This document shows positions 38,831 to 51,149 of a stretch of 64,000 nt of DNA, piece by piece. The position numbers were made by a program, and so were the translations under genes. How positions within the stretch are numbered: position 1 is the first letter of the stretch; every line of letters starts with the position of its first letter. The DNA comes from Takakia lepidozioides (lineage: Eukaryota; Plantae; Bryophyta): assembly GCA_030704615.1 (NCBI GenBank), contig CM060733.1, positions 30,938,001 to 31,002,000 on the forward strand, given 5' to 3'. The notes below the pieces were generated by a model. The model had not been told where the DNA came from. It did no database searches and saw only the letters and a list, made by a program, of their open reading frames with translations.

Positions 38831-40179
38831 GACATGTCTTTCATTGTTTTCGCAATTCTAATGACATGATTAGTTCTCTTGTATGGCATTACATGCGTAT
38901 GTACTAGTCGGCTCATTACAAACACCAAGACTTCAAAGCATGAACCACTATGAGTGATTGTTCAAGTAATTTCGAGCACTTCATTTAAAGTAGTAAAGCA
39001 GTGGTTGCGCCGACTTCTGCAGTTGCAATTGCCACTGGGGCATGTAGCATTGCAAGTTATGTGGTCAACTACCACGTGGCGCCCCGGGCCTGTGGCCTCG
39101 TGGCAGTAGTGCTGCTCGCCGTGGGGCCACCACGTCGGCGTCCACATCGTCGTCCACGTCCGCGTCCATGTGTCACCGCACTCCGGTGAGTCAGTCCACT
39201 CAGCCGGAGGGAAAAGTCAAAGTCAGACCAAAAGGTCAGACACACGGGCGGCCCGCCTGGTTACGCTACGTGGTTCTTCAGCATTAATCGCAATAATCGC
39301 TGAGCAGTTGTTCGTGCGTCTACATCCTTTACCACTCCAATCATTAGATGTCCGACCCAACGTCCACGTCTGTTGTAACTAGTCGTTTGTAACTTCCAGT
39401 CGATCCCAGTTTTTTTATTTTTACGACTCAAAATGAGTCGTTAGCTAGTGGTAAATGACACGAATGCTTCTAGTGACGATTTTGGGAAATTTTAAAGACC
39501 TGAAAGACTTTGTCCTATACTCCGAGGTGTTGCATGTGAGCTTGCAACCGGATAGACAGCATCGTCTCCAACAATTCCCTCATTTTTCATTGGAGTGAAC
39601 ATGCCTCCATATTCTGTACCTCTTAAGTGCTTGCCAAACAAATTATGGACCCGTCCTCCACATCTGGGTGCATTCACTTTGCTTTCACTTGGTTTTCTTC
39701 CCTTTAAGCTAAACTTTCTCTTTTTGCTTCTTTTGTGTAGATATGAATAGTGCTCTCACATCACCACCATTTGACTATAGTCTTCAGGGCCATAAGAACA
39801 ACGATACCTATTTACAAATTCTAGATATATATCAGATGCAATACATGTTTGAAACACAACGTTTGAGCTCCAAAAACAATTTTGATAGTGCACTTGATAC
39901 CTCCCCAGCCTCTACTTCGAGCTCACTCTTCACATCTTCATTTCTAGCTTTGTTTAATAATGCAACAAATTTGTTGTTGAAAACATCTTGACATTCCATC
40001 ATTGTAGAGAAAGATGCAAATACGTCATACATCACCACTACTGTATACACAACATACTACAAAGAGAGCATTGTAGACAAAGCACAATGTTGAAAATAAA
40101 TGTAATGTCGTGAAACTGAGAGAGGCGCCACCCACAAAACCCACAAACCCTATGCAAATGAGGTTCAAGGTGTAGAACT

Positions 40180-40380
40180 TCCCTGAATTTGTTTCCAGTT
40201 TGTGACATGGGCGAGGACGCAAAGGATGATTTGAAGGGCCTACCTACCCTCGGGACTGCACTGAAATTAAACTAGGGGTGGGAAGCCTATCTTTGAACAA
40301 AAAACAGATGCAAAGAGGAAAAGGAGATAGTTGTTGCTGATTGTGTGCCTGAATACCTACTCTCCATTTTCTGATACATT
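40180..40380 (+). mobile_element. Diverged LINE A fragment
   Basis: Matches the cttccctgaacttgtttccagtctgtgacatggg region of LINE A. Confidence 0.7.
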
Positions 40381-40614
40381 ACACGATTAACCCAATTTAC
40401 CTCTCCCACTTTTATAAGCTAGCATGCATTCTACACACTAGCCAACCATACCATGTATCACCATTCCAAACAAAATAGGACGCACAACATTTGGAAGCCA
40501 TTTCATTTATAGCACGTTTTGTACAATACAAGTTTTTTGCAATCGGATTCCTAAGCTAGCTAAGCCGGGCTAAGCATGCATTTCCTCCCCCACGCTCCAA
40601 GGTTGATGTCCCCA

Positions 40615-41123
40615 TCAACGCTTCTTCCGCTTTTGAGGTCGCCCTTCGAAAACTGCAACCGCCTCGGATGCGTTTCCCATTTCTGAGGCACGCACCCAAG
40701 ATGCCTCCACATGATGATAGCCCTTCCATTTGACGAGATACTCCGTTTCTCGGTTCTTGAACCTCCTCGACTTAAGTATTGCCTCCACCTCGTACTCAGG
40801 TTCATTTTCATGATCCAACAGCATAGGTGGCGGACGCAACACTTGATGCCGATTCGGACGCGCTTCATCTTTGAAGTAAGGCTTAAAAATGGAGACATGG
40901 AATACTGGGTGCACCTTGCTGTTTGCCGGCAGCTCCAATTCATACACATCCTCATTCATAACCTTCCGAATGCGAAAGGGTCCCGCATACGGAGGTACGA
41001 ACTTCGGACTCACTTCCGGAGGTAGTCGGAAATTCTTGATGTTCAACCAGACCTCCGTGCCTGCCTCAAACTTCACTTCCCTCCGCTTCCGATTCGCCTG
41101 CCTTTCATACCGTTTCCTAGCTT
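40615..41123 (-). CDS. Gypsy integrase C-terminus (GPY/F) plus chromodomain
   Basis: YAGPFRI, KVHPVFHVS, EYEVEAILKSR, YLVKWKGYHHVEASW. Confidence 0.88.
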
Positions 41124-42485
41124 CACTACAACAAATTGCGGCTTTTACGTCTCTGTGTTATGACTGCAAATGCAGTCATGGAAGCCATTTACGACTTCCT
41201 GACTCTGCAGACGTAAAGACCTAGTCAGTTGTGACATGGCAGATATGACTCTCCAGGCTGGCTGTCACGTGGCACCAGAGCAGCTGTGGGGGTAGTCATA
41301 CACGCTGGCTTTACTGAATGACTGAACGGACAGTGTAGTCCATGTCAGCGGCTGTGCAAGAGTGGCACGTGCTCGATGCAGGAAATGACACGTGGCAGAG
41401 TGTTTAGTTCTCCATGACTGCGAACTATGACTACGGGTGTGCTAATCCGGTTGCAACACGTGGCGCGTTGCAGTTTTTACACGTGGTCCATCAGCAGATT
41501 GACATGTGTCATGATGGGTGTTTTTTTGGGGTGTATTGCTATTTTTTTACATATTTGTATTTCTGCCACATGGTGTAGTACTATTGGAGAGTGAAAATAG
41601 ATGTAGTCATTATTATGACTATGATAGCAGTCATGTACATGTCTATTACAACAATGAAATATAATATATAATACAAAGAGAACAAGGCAGCAAGACATAA
41701 CTGCAACAAGCTGAGCAAAACCAAGAGATTGCATACCATCTCTATTTACCAATCTATTTATCATTATCATTTTTGTTGCGATCTAAAAATACATTAAATA
41801 GTCGCATGTTCTCATGTGAATTATTTTGTCTAACTATAACACTTTGAAAAGTGTTCACCCAGAATACCCTAACTACTCATGTATTCCATCAATCTGCAAC
41901 CCATAAAAAACGGCTTGCATGGCTTTAAGAATTACTACAGCAAGGACATTTGTTTGTTTTCCAAGTTCTTGCATAAGATGCACCAACCAATATTGCATTG
42001 TGAGACATTCACTCGCTATACTCCAAAGCGTCCAGGGAAGGTCACTGAGCAACCTACCAAGGCGGAAACAATTAAGAGAATTATCTAATACCATATATGA
42101 AAAACCCATGCCAGTGTTGTTTATGGTAACTTCTATCCCATGTCCTAAACAAACCAAAGCAAAAAGGTTGGTGTGTATTGGCGAAGTCGTCAGATACTTC
42201 ACAAAGAAACATGCACTAAAAATGAAACCCAGGATGATAGGAAGGTCACTCACGTTTATACAAAGACATCTTGCCCATTGCCCAGCACCCTGCGTCACCC
42301 ACACTCTATCTCTATTCCTTCAGCTATCCATGCCTCTGCACAAATCAAGCATTCATCCTTGCCTTGCTGCTAGCAGCTGACAATGACAGCCTACATTTGT
42401 TCTAGGAAACACCCAACTCAGCGTAGCACACTAGTTCCTATGCTGAATTGCGTCTGCTACTCTCTGAAATGTAGCAGGCATTCAC

Positions 42486-42861
42486 CTTTTTGCCCCGGTT
42501 GACCCATCAGTGACTGGGCTCAGATAAGTATTCATTCCACAGCTTCTCCTCATCTCTGTTACCTATTTTTTGACACTTTCCTGTTGTCACATTGGCAGTA
42601 TCATGTCAAAGTCACTCCAAACTAGATTCACTCAACCAGCTAACTTGTAGAATTGAACATGTAAATTTAGGGCCGATTCTGATAAGAGGGAAAAACAGGG
42701 TGAAATGTGTTGAAGAAGATGCCTTCATTAGCAGTGCCTGATTTTATCACTTGTGCCGCTGCTCCCAGTTGACCATCTACCCATGCAGGTTTCTTGTAGC
42801 TATTGATCCACAGGGAATCACAGATAATCTTGTGCTTGAAATCTGGCCTTCTTGGATGAAT
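42486..42861 (-). pseudogene. PDF module exons B (42723-42861) and A (42486-42580) inside the Pack-CACTA
   Basis: IHPRRPDFKHKIICDSLWINSYKKPAWVDGQL...ANE|GKCQKIGNRDEEKLWNEYLSEPSH*WVNRGKK. Confidence 0.82.
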
Positions 42862-43029
42862 CTGGACCCACACGAAATCCCTGCTCCTTCAGCTATCCAT
42901 GCCTCTGCACAAATCATGCATACATCCTCGCCTTGCTGCTAGCAGCTGACAATGACAGCCTAGAATTGTCAAAGCAAACACTAGCAGGGAAAACAGGGTG
43001 AAATATGTTGAAGAAGGTACCTTCATCCT

Positions 43030-43500
43030 TTTCTCCATCATTTGCTTTCAGGTGTCCAAAGCCCCATCCCGCGCTCCTGCTCTGCACACCCTTCAAGCAT
43101 CACATTCCACGACACCACATCTAGTTCAGCCATAGTGTTGAACACTCCCTTGGCATCCTCAATGCTCCCACATTTAGCATACATGGCCACCAGAGCCATG
43201 TTCAAGATGACATCTGGTTTAATTGCAGATTTGATGATGTCATCAGGGATCTCTTTGCCCTTTTCCAAGGCTGCAGACGCACTGCAAACGCACACAAACG
43301 TTATGTCAGCGGCCTTCACCCCTTCCCCCATCATTTTCTCAAAGGTTGGAGCCTCCATCCCGCACCCCAGCTGTGCATACCCAGCAAGCATCGCACTCCA
43401 CGACACCACATCTCGTTCAGCCACAGTGTTGAACACTCCATTTGCATCCTCAATGCACCCACAATTGGCGTACATGTCCACCAGGGCAGGGGCAGTGTTC
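43030..43500 (-). pseudogene. PLS-class PPR fragment (S-P-L-S-P) inside the Pack-CACTA
   Basis: ALVDMYANCGCIEDA, DVVSWSAMLAGYAQ, ALVAMYAKCGSIEDA. Confidence 0.9.
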
Positions 43501-43829
43501 AAAAGGACATGTGGTAATTTGACAGGCATTCACCTCCTGACTTGGCTATTCCCAACCCATCCTGCCATTGGCAAGAGATTCCACAGAAACTGATAGTTGT
43601 CTGTTTGACTGTATAACTATGTATCTCTTGCTTTCTTACAGCTTGTACTGTGACACGCGTAATGCTCTTGTTGTGTTGAATCATTTCACGCCTTCAGGTT
43701 TCAGAACAAACATTACCGTCTTTCTTTATCAGACATGTGCACCAAGACAGAATCTCACCAAAAGATTGTTGGTGTTCAACAGTACCATACATGAAGATAA
43801 CTAGCACCAAAAGGGCATATGAAGCTTAT

Positions 43830-43916
43830 TCTGCTCTCCACTGGTATTAACTTGCACTAGGACTTTCAATGGCTGTCTTCCAGTCCACCCACGGCCCGCT
43901 GTAAATGGCTTGCAAC
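43830..43916 (-). pseudogene. PLPBP: Single exon of a PLP homeostasis protein (YggS/PROSC family) inside the Pack-CACTA
   Basis: After acceptor tgtag: VASHLQRAVGGL/GRQPLKVLVQVNTSGEQ. One-nt deletion, and donor mutated to ataagc. Confidence 0.7.
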
Positions 43917-44289
43917 CTACAGATTTTCAAGAGAGCTGATTACCATGAAAATTTCAAAACTGGCTTTACAAACCTAATAATTCAAGCATAATCAGCATTC
44001 AAGCTAAGGAAGCTTTACAAGCATCGTGTTGCGAGTAAAGCCTTGGCGATGTCACCAGGAAATCCCTGGCTGAATGGATGACACTGAAATAATGGAGCTT
44101 GAAATCCGGCCCTCTTGGACGAATTTGGGCCCACACTCTATCCCTGCTCCTTCAGCTATCTATGCCTCTGCACAAAATCCTTCAGCTATCTATGCATACA
44201 TCCTTGCCTTCCTGCTAGCAGCTGACAGCCTAGAATTGTTCCAGCAAACACCCCCAACCCTACTTATCAACGAGCAATGAGCTAACTTA

Positions 44290-45230
44290 CAAAATTCAAT
44301 ATGCATCTCAGGGCGTCTGATGAGAGGGCAAAACATGCTGAAATAGGTCAAAGAAGAAGGTGCCCTCACCACACTGTCCTTGACCTTGTGTCATGACCCA
44401 TGGAGGATTTGACCTTGTGTGTGATGCTTGTGTCTGTAGTCAGGTAATGTCGGATTGGTCAATGAGAACCTGCACCACGGTGCAGCTGAGCAGGCAGACT
44501 TTGAAACACGGTCTGCTAAGACCAAGCTGACTCTCCCAAGAACCTTGTAAACATCAGGAAGAATATCAAATCATGGTACTAACAGGAGCCAACAACCCAC
44601 ATTTGCAGGATGGACAAAATTCTGCACATCGTACATTAAAAAAAAACCACACCTTGCGATTGCGGTCGCACCCTCGTGAAGGATCTTAAAAAAACTCATG
44701 CCAGCTCTGCTCCATGATTCAAATTCAGGGCCGAGTCTGATGAGAGGGAAAAATAGGCTGAAATAGGTCGAAGAAGAAGGTGCCCTCACCACATTGTCCT
44801 CGACCTTGTGTCATGACCCATGGAGGATTTGACTGAACATGAACCCAAGATGACCTCTAGTGTGTGCTGCTTGTGTCTGTAGTTAGGTAATGTCGGATTG
44901 GTCAGTGAGAACCACCACGGTGCAGCTGAGTGGGCAGAGATTGAAACACGGCCTACTAAGACCAAGCTAACTCTCCCAAGAACCTTGTAAACATCAGGAA
45001 GAATACCAAATCATGGTACTAACAGGAGAGCCAACCCACATTTGCAGGATGGACAAACTTCTTCACATCGTACATTAAGAAAAAGCCACACCTTGCGATT
45101 GCGGTTGTCCCACCATCGTGAAGGATCTTTTAGAAACTCATGCCAGCTCTGCTCCGTGCTGTAAAATCAGGGCCGAGTAGGTAGAGATTGAAACACGGCC
45201 TGCTAAGACGAAGCTGACTCTCCCAAGAAC
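44290..45230 (-). repeat. About 430-450 bp tandem duplication of the 5' region of the PDF-PPR gene
   Basis: 44300-44720 matches 44720-45165. Part of it also matches 37155-37330 on the + strand. Confidence 0.8.
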
Positions 45231-45486
45231 GGCGGGCTCCCAGCCGAAACCTCCTCGCACACATACCCTAGCGTTTCTAGGGTTGCTTGCTCCAGATGCG
45301 AAGGTTCATCCAACTGCGGGCCTCCCATGCATGTTTGCCCTCTCTCCCGCTCGCTCGCTCTAAGTCCCAACCCTCTCTCTCTCTCCCTCCCGCTCGCTCT
45401 AAGTCTGTTCATGCTACTGTGATGGGCAACTTTTTAAGTTTTTTAACCTTTTTGTAAACCCTAAAAGCCCCTTTTTGATTTTTTTT

Positions 45487-45685
45487 CTTTCTTTCTTTTT
45501 CTTAAAGGAAACCACAAGCCCTTGAGGAGGGGGAAAATTCACCCGCCTTCATTTATGGGCCATAAGACCTACAAGACGATCAACGTCAAGACATACCGTC
45601 TCGAACAATCCCACACACGGGATAAGGGCAGCGGGTTTGAACCCCAAACCACAAGGGCGACACACTGTGCACTTACCAGCCGATG
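45487..45685 (-). mobile_element. Putative tRNA-derived SINE
   Basis: B-box ggttcaaaccc, weak A-box, A-rich tail, flanked by the direct repeat aaaaaaaatca. Confidence 0.5.
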
Positions 45686-46144
45686 TGATTTTTTTTAAAT
45701 CTTTGTTTTTTTTTGGTTTTTTTAATTCATTCTAGTGGTAAGAGTCTCTGTTTTTTTAAGATATAAATACTCATATATTATATATATAACCAGAAAAGCA
45801 TGTGTCGACACGTGTAGTCATGTAGTGATTCATCCATGTGATGATCTGGCATAATGCATTAGAGTGAGAGTCATGAAGTCATATGTCTGTCTTGCAATAT
45901 GCACACGTCATTCTAGTGTAGCCATGACCGTGACTGGTAGTCATATCTGCCATGCCAATATTCGTGGTCAAACATGTTTGACCTGTGTTGCGCAGAGTCC
46001 GAAGCCATGCAGTCACATATACGCCTTCTCCAGACCTGCATTATGACTTCAAAAGCATTTTACGACTGCAAATGGCATTTCTGCCACAAATCTGTCATGA
46101 CTTTGCACCCATGGGAGTCATAAAAGCCGCAATCTGTTGTAGTG

Positions 46145-49100
46145 CTTTGGCAATGTTGTATTTTGCGAGCTTCAACAAACGCTCGCGTTCTTCCAGTACC
46201 GCCGCTACTGCCGGTTCCTCAACGTCCTGGGCGGCCCAACTTGTCGGCACCAGAGGTGCTTTTCCATAGACCAATACGAAAGGGGAAACTCCCGTTGCGG
46301 AATGTTTTGTGTTATTATAACAGAACTCTGCCGCGTCTAAGTGTTCCACCGAGTCTGTTTGGTCTGCCGACACGTAATTCCGCAAGATCTGCTTCACTAC
46401 GGAATTCACTCTTTCTGTTTGGCCGTCGGTCGTAGGTCGGAAGGCGGTGCTCATCTTCAGCCTCGTCCCCATCTTCTTCCAAAGTGTCCTCCAAAATTTA
46501 CTCGTAAACTTTGGATCGCGGTCCGAGACAATATCCTTCGGGACTCCATGATGCTTTAAGACGTGGGCGAAGTAAAGTCGCCCTGTCTCCTGCGCCGTTG
46601 CCGTCTCTTTGGTGGGGATGAAATGGCCCATTTTACTGAACCTATCCACCACCACCATGATTGCATCGAATCCTTTTGACAGCGGCATAGCAGTCATGAA
46701 ATCCATGGAGACGCTTTCCCAAGTCCCCTCTGGAATCGGCAAGGGTTGTAACAGCCCCGCTTGCTTTTTGTACTCGCTCCGGTTTTGTTGGCATGTGGTG
46801 CATGTCTTGACATACTCCTCTGCCTCCTCCCTCAGTTTGGGCCAGAAATACTCTTTCTTCAAGAGTGCCGCAGTGCGCTTGGCTCCGCCGTGGCCCGCAA
46901 GCGGGCTATCATGGCATTCTCTCAAGAGGCTATCTCTGATCCCTCCCTTCGGCATGTAGAGACGCTTTTGCTTATACCGGAGCAGTCCATTTTGCAAGTG
47001 GAACTGCGATTTAACCCCCATCCTCAAGTCCTGCATCACGGACTTCACCAGCTCATCCTTCCGGCAAGCCTTCCGGATCTTCCTTTGGAGCGTCGTCTCG
47101 CCCTTGTACACCAACAAGAGCTGCTGCTTTCTACTTAGAGCATCGGCCACCACGTTGTCTCGTCCCGGTTTGTACTGGATATCCACGTCAAACACCGCCA
47201 AAGTATCTTGCCACCTAAGTTGTTTTGGGGACAACTTGGGCTGCGTGGCAAAATACTTCACCGTGACATTGTCCGTGAACACCTTCACCGGGTTGGAACC
47301 AACATAGTGGCGCCAAAGCTCAAGACAGTGCACCACCGCCTTCATCTCTTTCTCGTGCGTCGGCCACTGTCGCTCCACTTCATTCAGTTTCTTACTTTCG
47401 TAAGCTAGTGGACGTCCATCTTGCATCAGTACACCCCCAATCGCGAAGTCCGACGCATCTGTATGTATCTCGAACGGACGATCGAACTCCGGGATTTTCA
47501 AGACTGGAGCTTCCGCCATCCGCTGCTTCAATTCAGCAAAAGCTTGGCCACAAAAGGTGTTCCATGCCCAGACTTTAGATTTACACAGGAGGTCTGACAA
47601 CGGCCCCGCGATTTTGGCGAAATTTCTCACATACTTCCGGTAATAGGAGGCGAGTCATAGGAAGGATCGCACTCCCGGGACCAAAGTCGGAGGCTCCCAA
47701 TCCAAGATCGCCCTCACCTTTCTGTCATCCATTTTGATCCCATTCTGTGTAATCACATGCCCGAGGAACTCGACTTTTGTGACCCCGAATTCGCACTTTG
47801 AAGCTTTGGCATACAACTTTCCTTCCCGCAATTTCTGGAACACCCTTTTCAGGTGCTCCAGGTGCTCTTCCTTTGTTTTCAAGTACACCAAGATGTCGTC
47901 GATGTACACGATCACAAAGTCATCCAACCACTCCTGGAAAAGGCTGTTCATCAGCGTGCTAAATGTTGCTGGTGCATTGGTGAGCCCAAAAGGCATCACC
48001 AAGAACTCATATGAACCATACCTTGTCCTGCACGCGGTCTTTTTCCTCATCTCCTTCCGCCACCCGAATTTGATGATAGCCGGAGCGCAAGTCGATCCGG
48101 CTGAAATACTTCGCTCCTGCCAACCGATCGAAGAGGTCGTCGATCCTTGACAAAGGGTACCGGTTTTTGATAGTCACCTTATTCAGAGCCCTGTAATCCA
48201 CACACATCCGCAGCATCCCATCCTTCTTGTCTGCAAATAGCCCCAGGGCTCCGTAAGGTGACTTACTCGGCCGGATGTACCCTTTTTACATTAGATCCTT
48301 GAGCTGAGTCTTCAGCTCGACCAACTCCCTGTGGCTCAACCGGTAAGGCGCCTTGGCAGGCGGTTCCGATCCCGGTATCACCTCAATCTTGTGGTCAACT
48401 CCTCTTCGCGGTGGCAAGCCGCTTGGCAAATCCTCCGGCATCACATCATGGTATTTCTCCAAAATCCCCTTGATCCAATCGGGGCTCGGCTCTCTATCGC
48501 CTTCTCCCTTCACTTCTCTAATGTTGAGCAAAAACTGGGGCTCGTGTGCCTCCTCCACGGCCCACTCCCTTGCTGACAGAAGGTTTATTCGCCCTCCCAC
48601 GAGTTTGGGCGTTTCCGAAACTTGTAAGACCTCGCCACCATTCCAACATGGCAACGTGACTACCCTCTTGCGGCCATCTATGACCGCTCCGGATCTGCTC
48701 AAAAATGTCATCCCCAAAATGAGATCCACTCCATCGATCTCGCAGACGGTAAAGTTCTCACGTTCCTCCCAACTCCCCAGTTGAAGATCGAACGCCAACC
48801 TCGTCGCCAATTGCGGTTCTCCTTTGGCAGAACGCACCTCAATAGAGGCCCCTACGTCAGTTGTCGGGAGTCCCAGCTTTTGTGCCGTTGCCGGTGTCAT
48901 GAAGGAGTGCGACGCTCCTGTGTCCACCAACAGTGACACGTTAGTTCCGGATATTATCCCATCCACGAACAATAAGTGACTCCCTTTATGCAACGCACCA
49001 GTTTCCTGATACAACTCACAAGAATATTTGCCTATCTTGCAAGTCCTGGCGACCACCGCTTCCACCAGGCGACTGATGGTATCTTCCGACAGCTCCGTGG

Positions 49101-49179
49101 TTGCCCGAGTCATGTTCAATTGTCGGGGCTTCGTGCACTTCTTGGCCATGTGCCCGGGCTCCCCACAATTGAAACACAC
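46145..49179 (-). CDS. Gypsy pol (protease, RT, RNaseH, integrase) with a few disruptions
   Basis: ORFs 48286-49179, 48007-48216, 47655-48050 and 46095-47630. Confidence 0.9.
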
Positions 49180-50200
49180 TCATTCAAAGGTCGCCTTATG
49201 TCCGCCATAAGCCGCTCCACCGGCTTTTCCTTTCGAAGCACCGGGTGCTGCCTTGACGTGTGAAGGCCCTCCCTTCGATTTCCACGTGCCATTGTCGCCG
49301 CGTGGCCTATCCCACTTCTTTTCCGGTCGGAAGGAGTCACCTTCCCGCCGGGTCTTCTTGTGGTTCAGCTCCGTACGGCCTTGTCTTTCACCCCTAGGGA
49401 CATCTGAGAAACATTCAGCCCTCTCAATTGCCTCGTTCAAAGTCTTAGGTGGCTTCTCCTCCAACTTCCGCCTGGCCCATGGTGCCAGTCCCGCCACAAA
49501 GTTAAAGACCATTTCCGGTTTTGCCATGTCCGCGACTTCGAGCAAAAGCACATTGAAGGCCTGGACATATCCCCGAATGTCGTCTGTTTGCTTCAAATTC
49601 CTCATCTTGTCCCGGGCAAGCCCGGACGCATTGAGGGGCACAAACTGTCTCTTCATTAATTCCTTGAACCCACTACAGTTCAAGGTTTCCGGACTTGGAC
49701 CTCGGTCGTGAAGGCGTTTCTGCCACCATTGTTGAGCATAGCCCCTCAAATAGGTGGGAGCCACTTCCACCCGATCCTCGTCACTCAACTTGGCCGCCCG
49801 GAAGTACTGCTCTAGCTCCAAGAGCCAGGTGTTGAGTGCCTTCCGATTTCGGACGCCCTCGAAGGTGCCGGGTTCCTTAGGCTTCACCTTAAACTTTGCC
49901 TTAGCGGAAGTGGCATTAGTCGCCTTCAACACGTCTTTCAACGTCCCGCCAAACTGCGCCAACAACCCTTCCCAAAAAGCTGCCGGCATGGGAGGCATTT
50001 GTTGGTCTGTCGGAGCTCTCAGGGATTCCTTGGGCTCTGACTCCTCGGATTCCTCCCGCTCTTGAGCGGCCTCGTTTTCAGAAACCTGCGTCGCTTCCTC
50101 AAACGGCCGCTTCGGTGACACGTCGCCCCCATCGGGCTCACAAGGATCATCATCTTTTGGGCCGTTTCGCTTTCGCTTTGGCTTGCCCGACCCCATGATG
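49180..50200 (-). CDS. Gypsy gag
   Basis: Retrotransposon gag-like PGTFEG...WLLELEQYF...LKQTDDIRGYVQAF, with a stop just before the CCHC knuckle. Confidence 0.85.
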
Positions 50201-50649
50201 AGGCCAATCCCAAGGACGATCGCGTACTGAACTCTAAGCTCTGATACCAAGTGTCGCGCACCTCACTTCGGTAAGCTCCCCTTCAAGTCATAGTTACTCG
50301 CTTTGATGTGCGCGCTTGACTCCCAACCTGGCCGCCGGGCCAACTTGGAGCTTCGGCTGCTCACCGGGACATAACCGTCCCCCTTCGCTCTCCCACTAAA
50401 CCCTCCACCTATTTGGGCCTAGTGGAATTCCCTTTGGTAGATGGCAGTCCGGAACAGCTCCCCACTCTTTGGTCGCTTTCCGGCTCGCTCGCTTACTCAC
50501 TAGTTTTTGGTCACCAACGGGCTTGCACCATTCTCGGGGTCACTACTCCCCTTTTATATACTTCTGTAGCTGTCCGCGGGGGTTTCACAACCAGCCATGC
50601 CATTTTATGGCGAACCACCACGAAAACCCTCGACTCCCGGTGATGAGTC

Positions 50650-51149
50650 NNNNNNNNNNNNNNNNNNNNNNNNNNNNNNNNNNNNNNNNNNNNNNNNNNN
50701 NNNNNNNNNNNNNNNNNNNNNNNNNNNNNNNNNNNNNNNNNNNNNNNNNNNNNNNNNNNNNNNNNNNNNNNNNNNNNNNNNNNNNNNNNNNNNNNNNNNN
50801 NNNNNNNNNNNNNNNNNNNNNNNNNNNNNNNNNNNNNNNNNNNNNNNNNNNNNNNNNNNNNNNNNNNNNNNNNNNNNNNNNNNNNNNNNNNNNNNNNNNN
50901 NNNNNNNNNNNNNNNNNNNNNNNNNNNNNNNNNNNNNNNNNNNNNNNNNNNNNNNNNNNNNNNNNNNNNNNNNNNNNNNNNNNNNNNNNNNNNNNNNNNN
51001 NNNNNNNNNNNNNNNNNNNNNNNNNNNNNNNNNNNNNNNNNNNNNNNNNNNNNNNNNNNNNNNNNNNNNNNNNNNNNNNNNNNNNNNNNNNNNNNNNNNN
51101 NNNNNNNNNNNNNNNNNNNNNNNNNNNNNNNNNNNNNNNNNNNNNNNNN
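50650..51149. other. Assembly gap (500 N)
   Basis: Run of n. ORFs spanning it are artefacts. Confidence 1.

Larger units (their letters stand above)
41124..46144. mobile_element. Non-autonomous CACTA (Pack-CACTA) carrying host gene fragments
   Basis: TIRs CACTACAACA(A/G)ATTGCGGCTTTTA at both ends. 3-bp TSD CTT at 41121-41123 and 46145-46147. ATGACT/AGTCAT subterminal repeats. No transposase ORF recognised. Confidence 0.92.
40385..50649 (-). mobile_element. Ty3/gypsy chromovirus, nearly complete, interrupted by a CACTA element
   Basis: 5' LTR from 50252 into the gap. tRNA-Met PBS tggtatcagagc at 50238-50249. gag, CCHC, protease VDTGAS, RT YIDD, RNaseH TDASD, integrase, chromodomain EYEVEAIL...YLVKWKGY. 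PPT at ~40582-40595 and truncated 3' LTR. Confidence 0.93.

Noticed and set aside
39490-40080. Possible MULE transposase C-terminal remnant (PRCGGRVHN)
   Set aside because: Too degenerate, with no catalytic motif or TIR pair.
44316-44770. Hammerhead-like CTGATGA...GAAA cores (44317, 44737)
   Set aside because: Stem II does not pair, the core is not conserved in the 42680 paralogue, and it is the antisense of the PDF intron.
45165-45270. Arg-rich MCARRFRLGARRSW... as a transit peptide for the PDF-PPR gene
   Set aside because: Frame continuity to the downstream exons differs between the duplicated copies and cannot be supported by eye.
49177-49185. Programmed stop readthrough between gag and pol
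   Set aside because: The TGA lies before the nucleocapsid knuckle and is most simply a point mutation in an element with other lesions.
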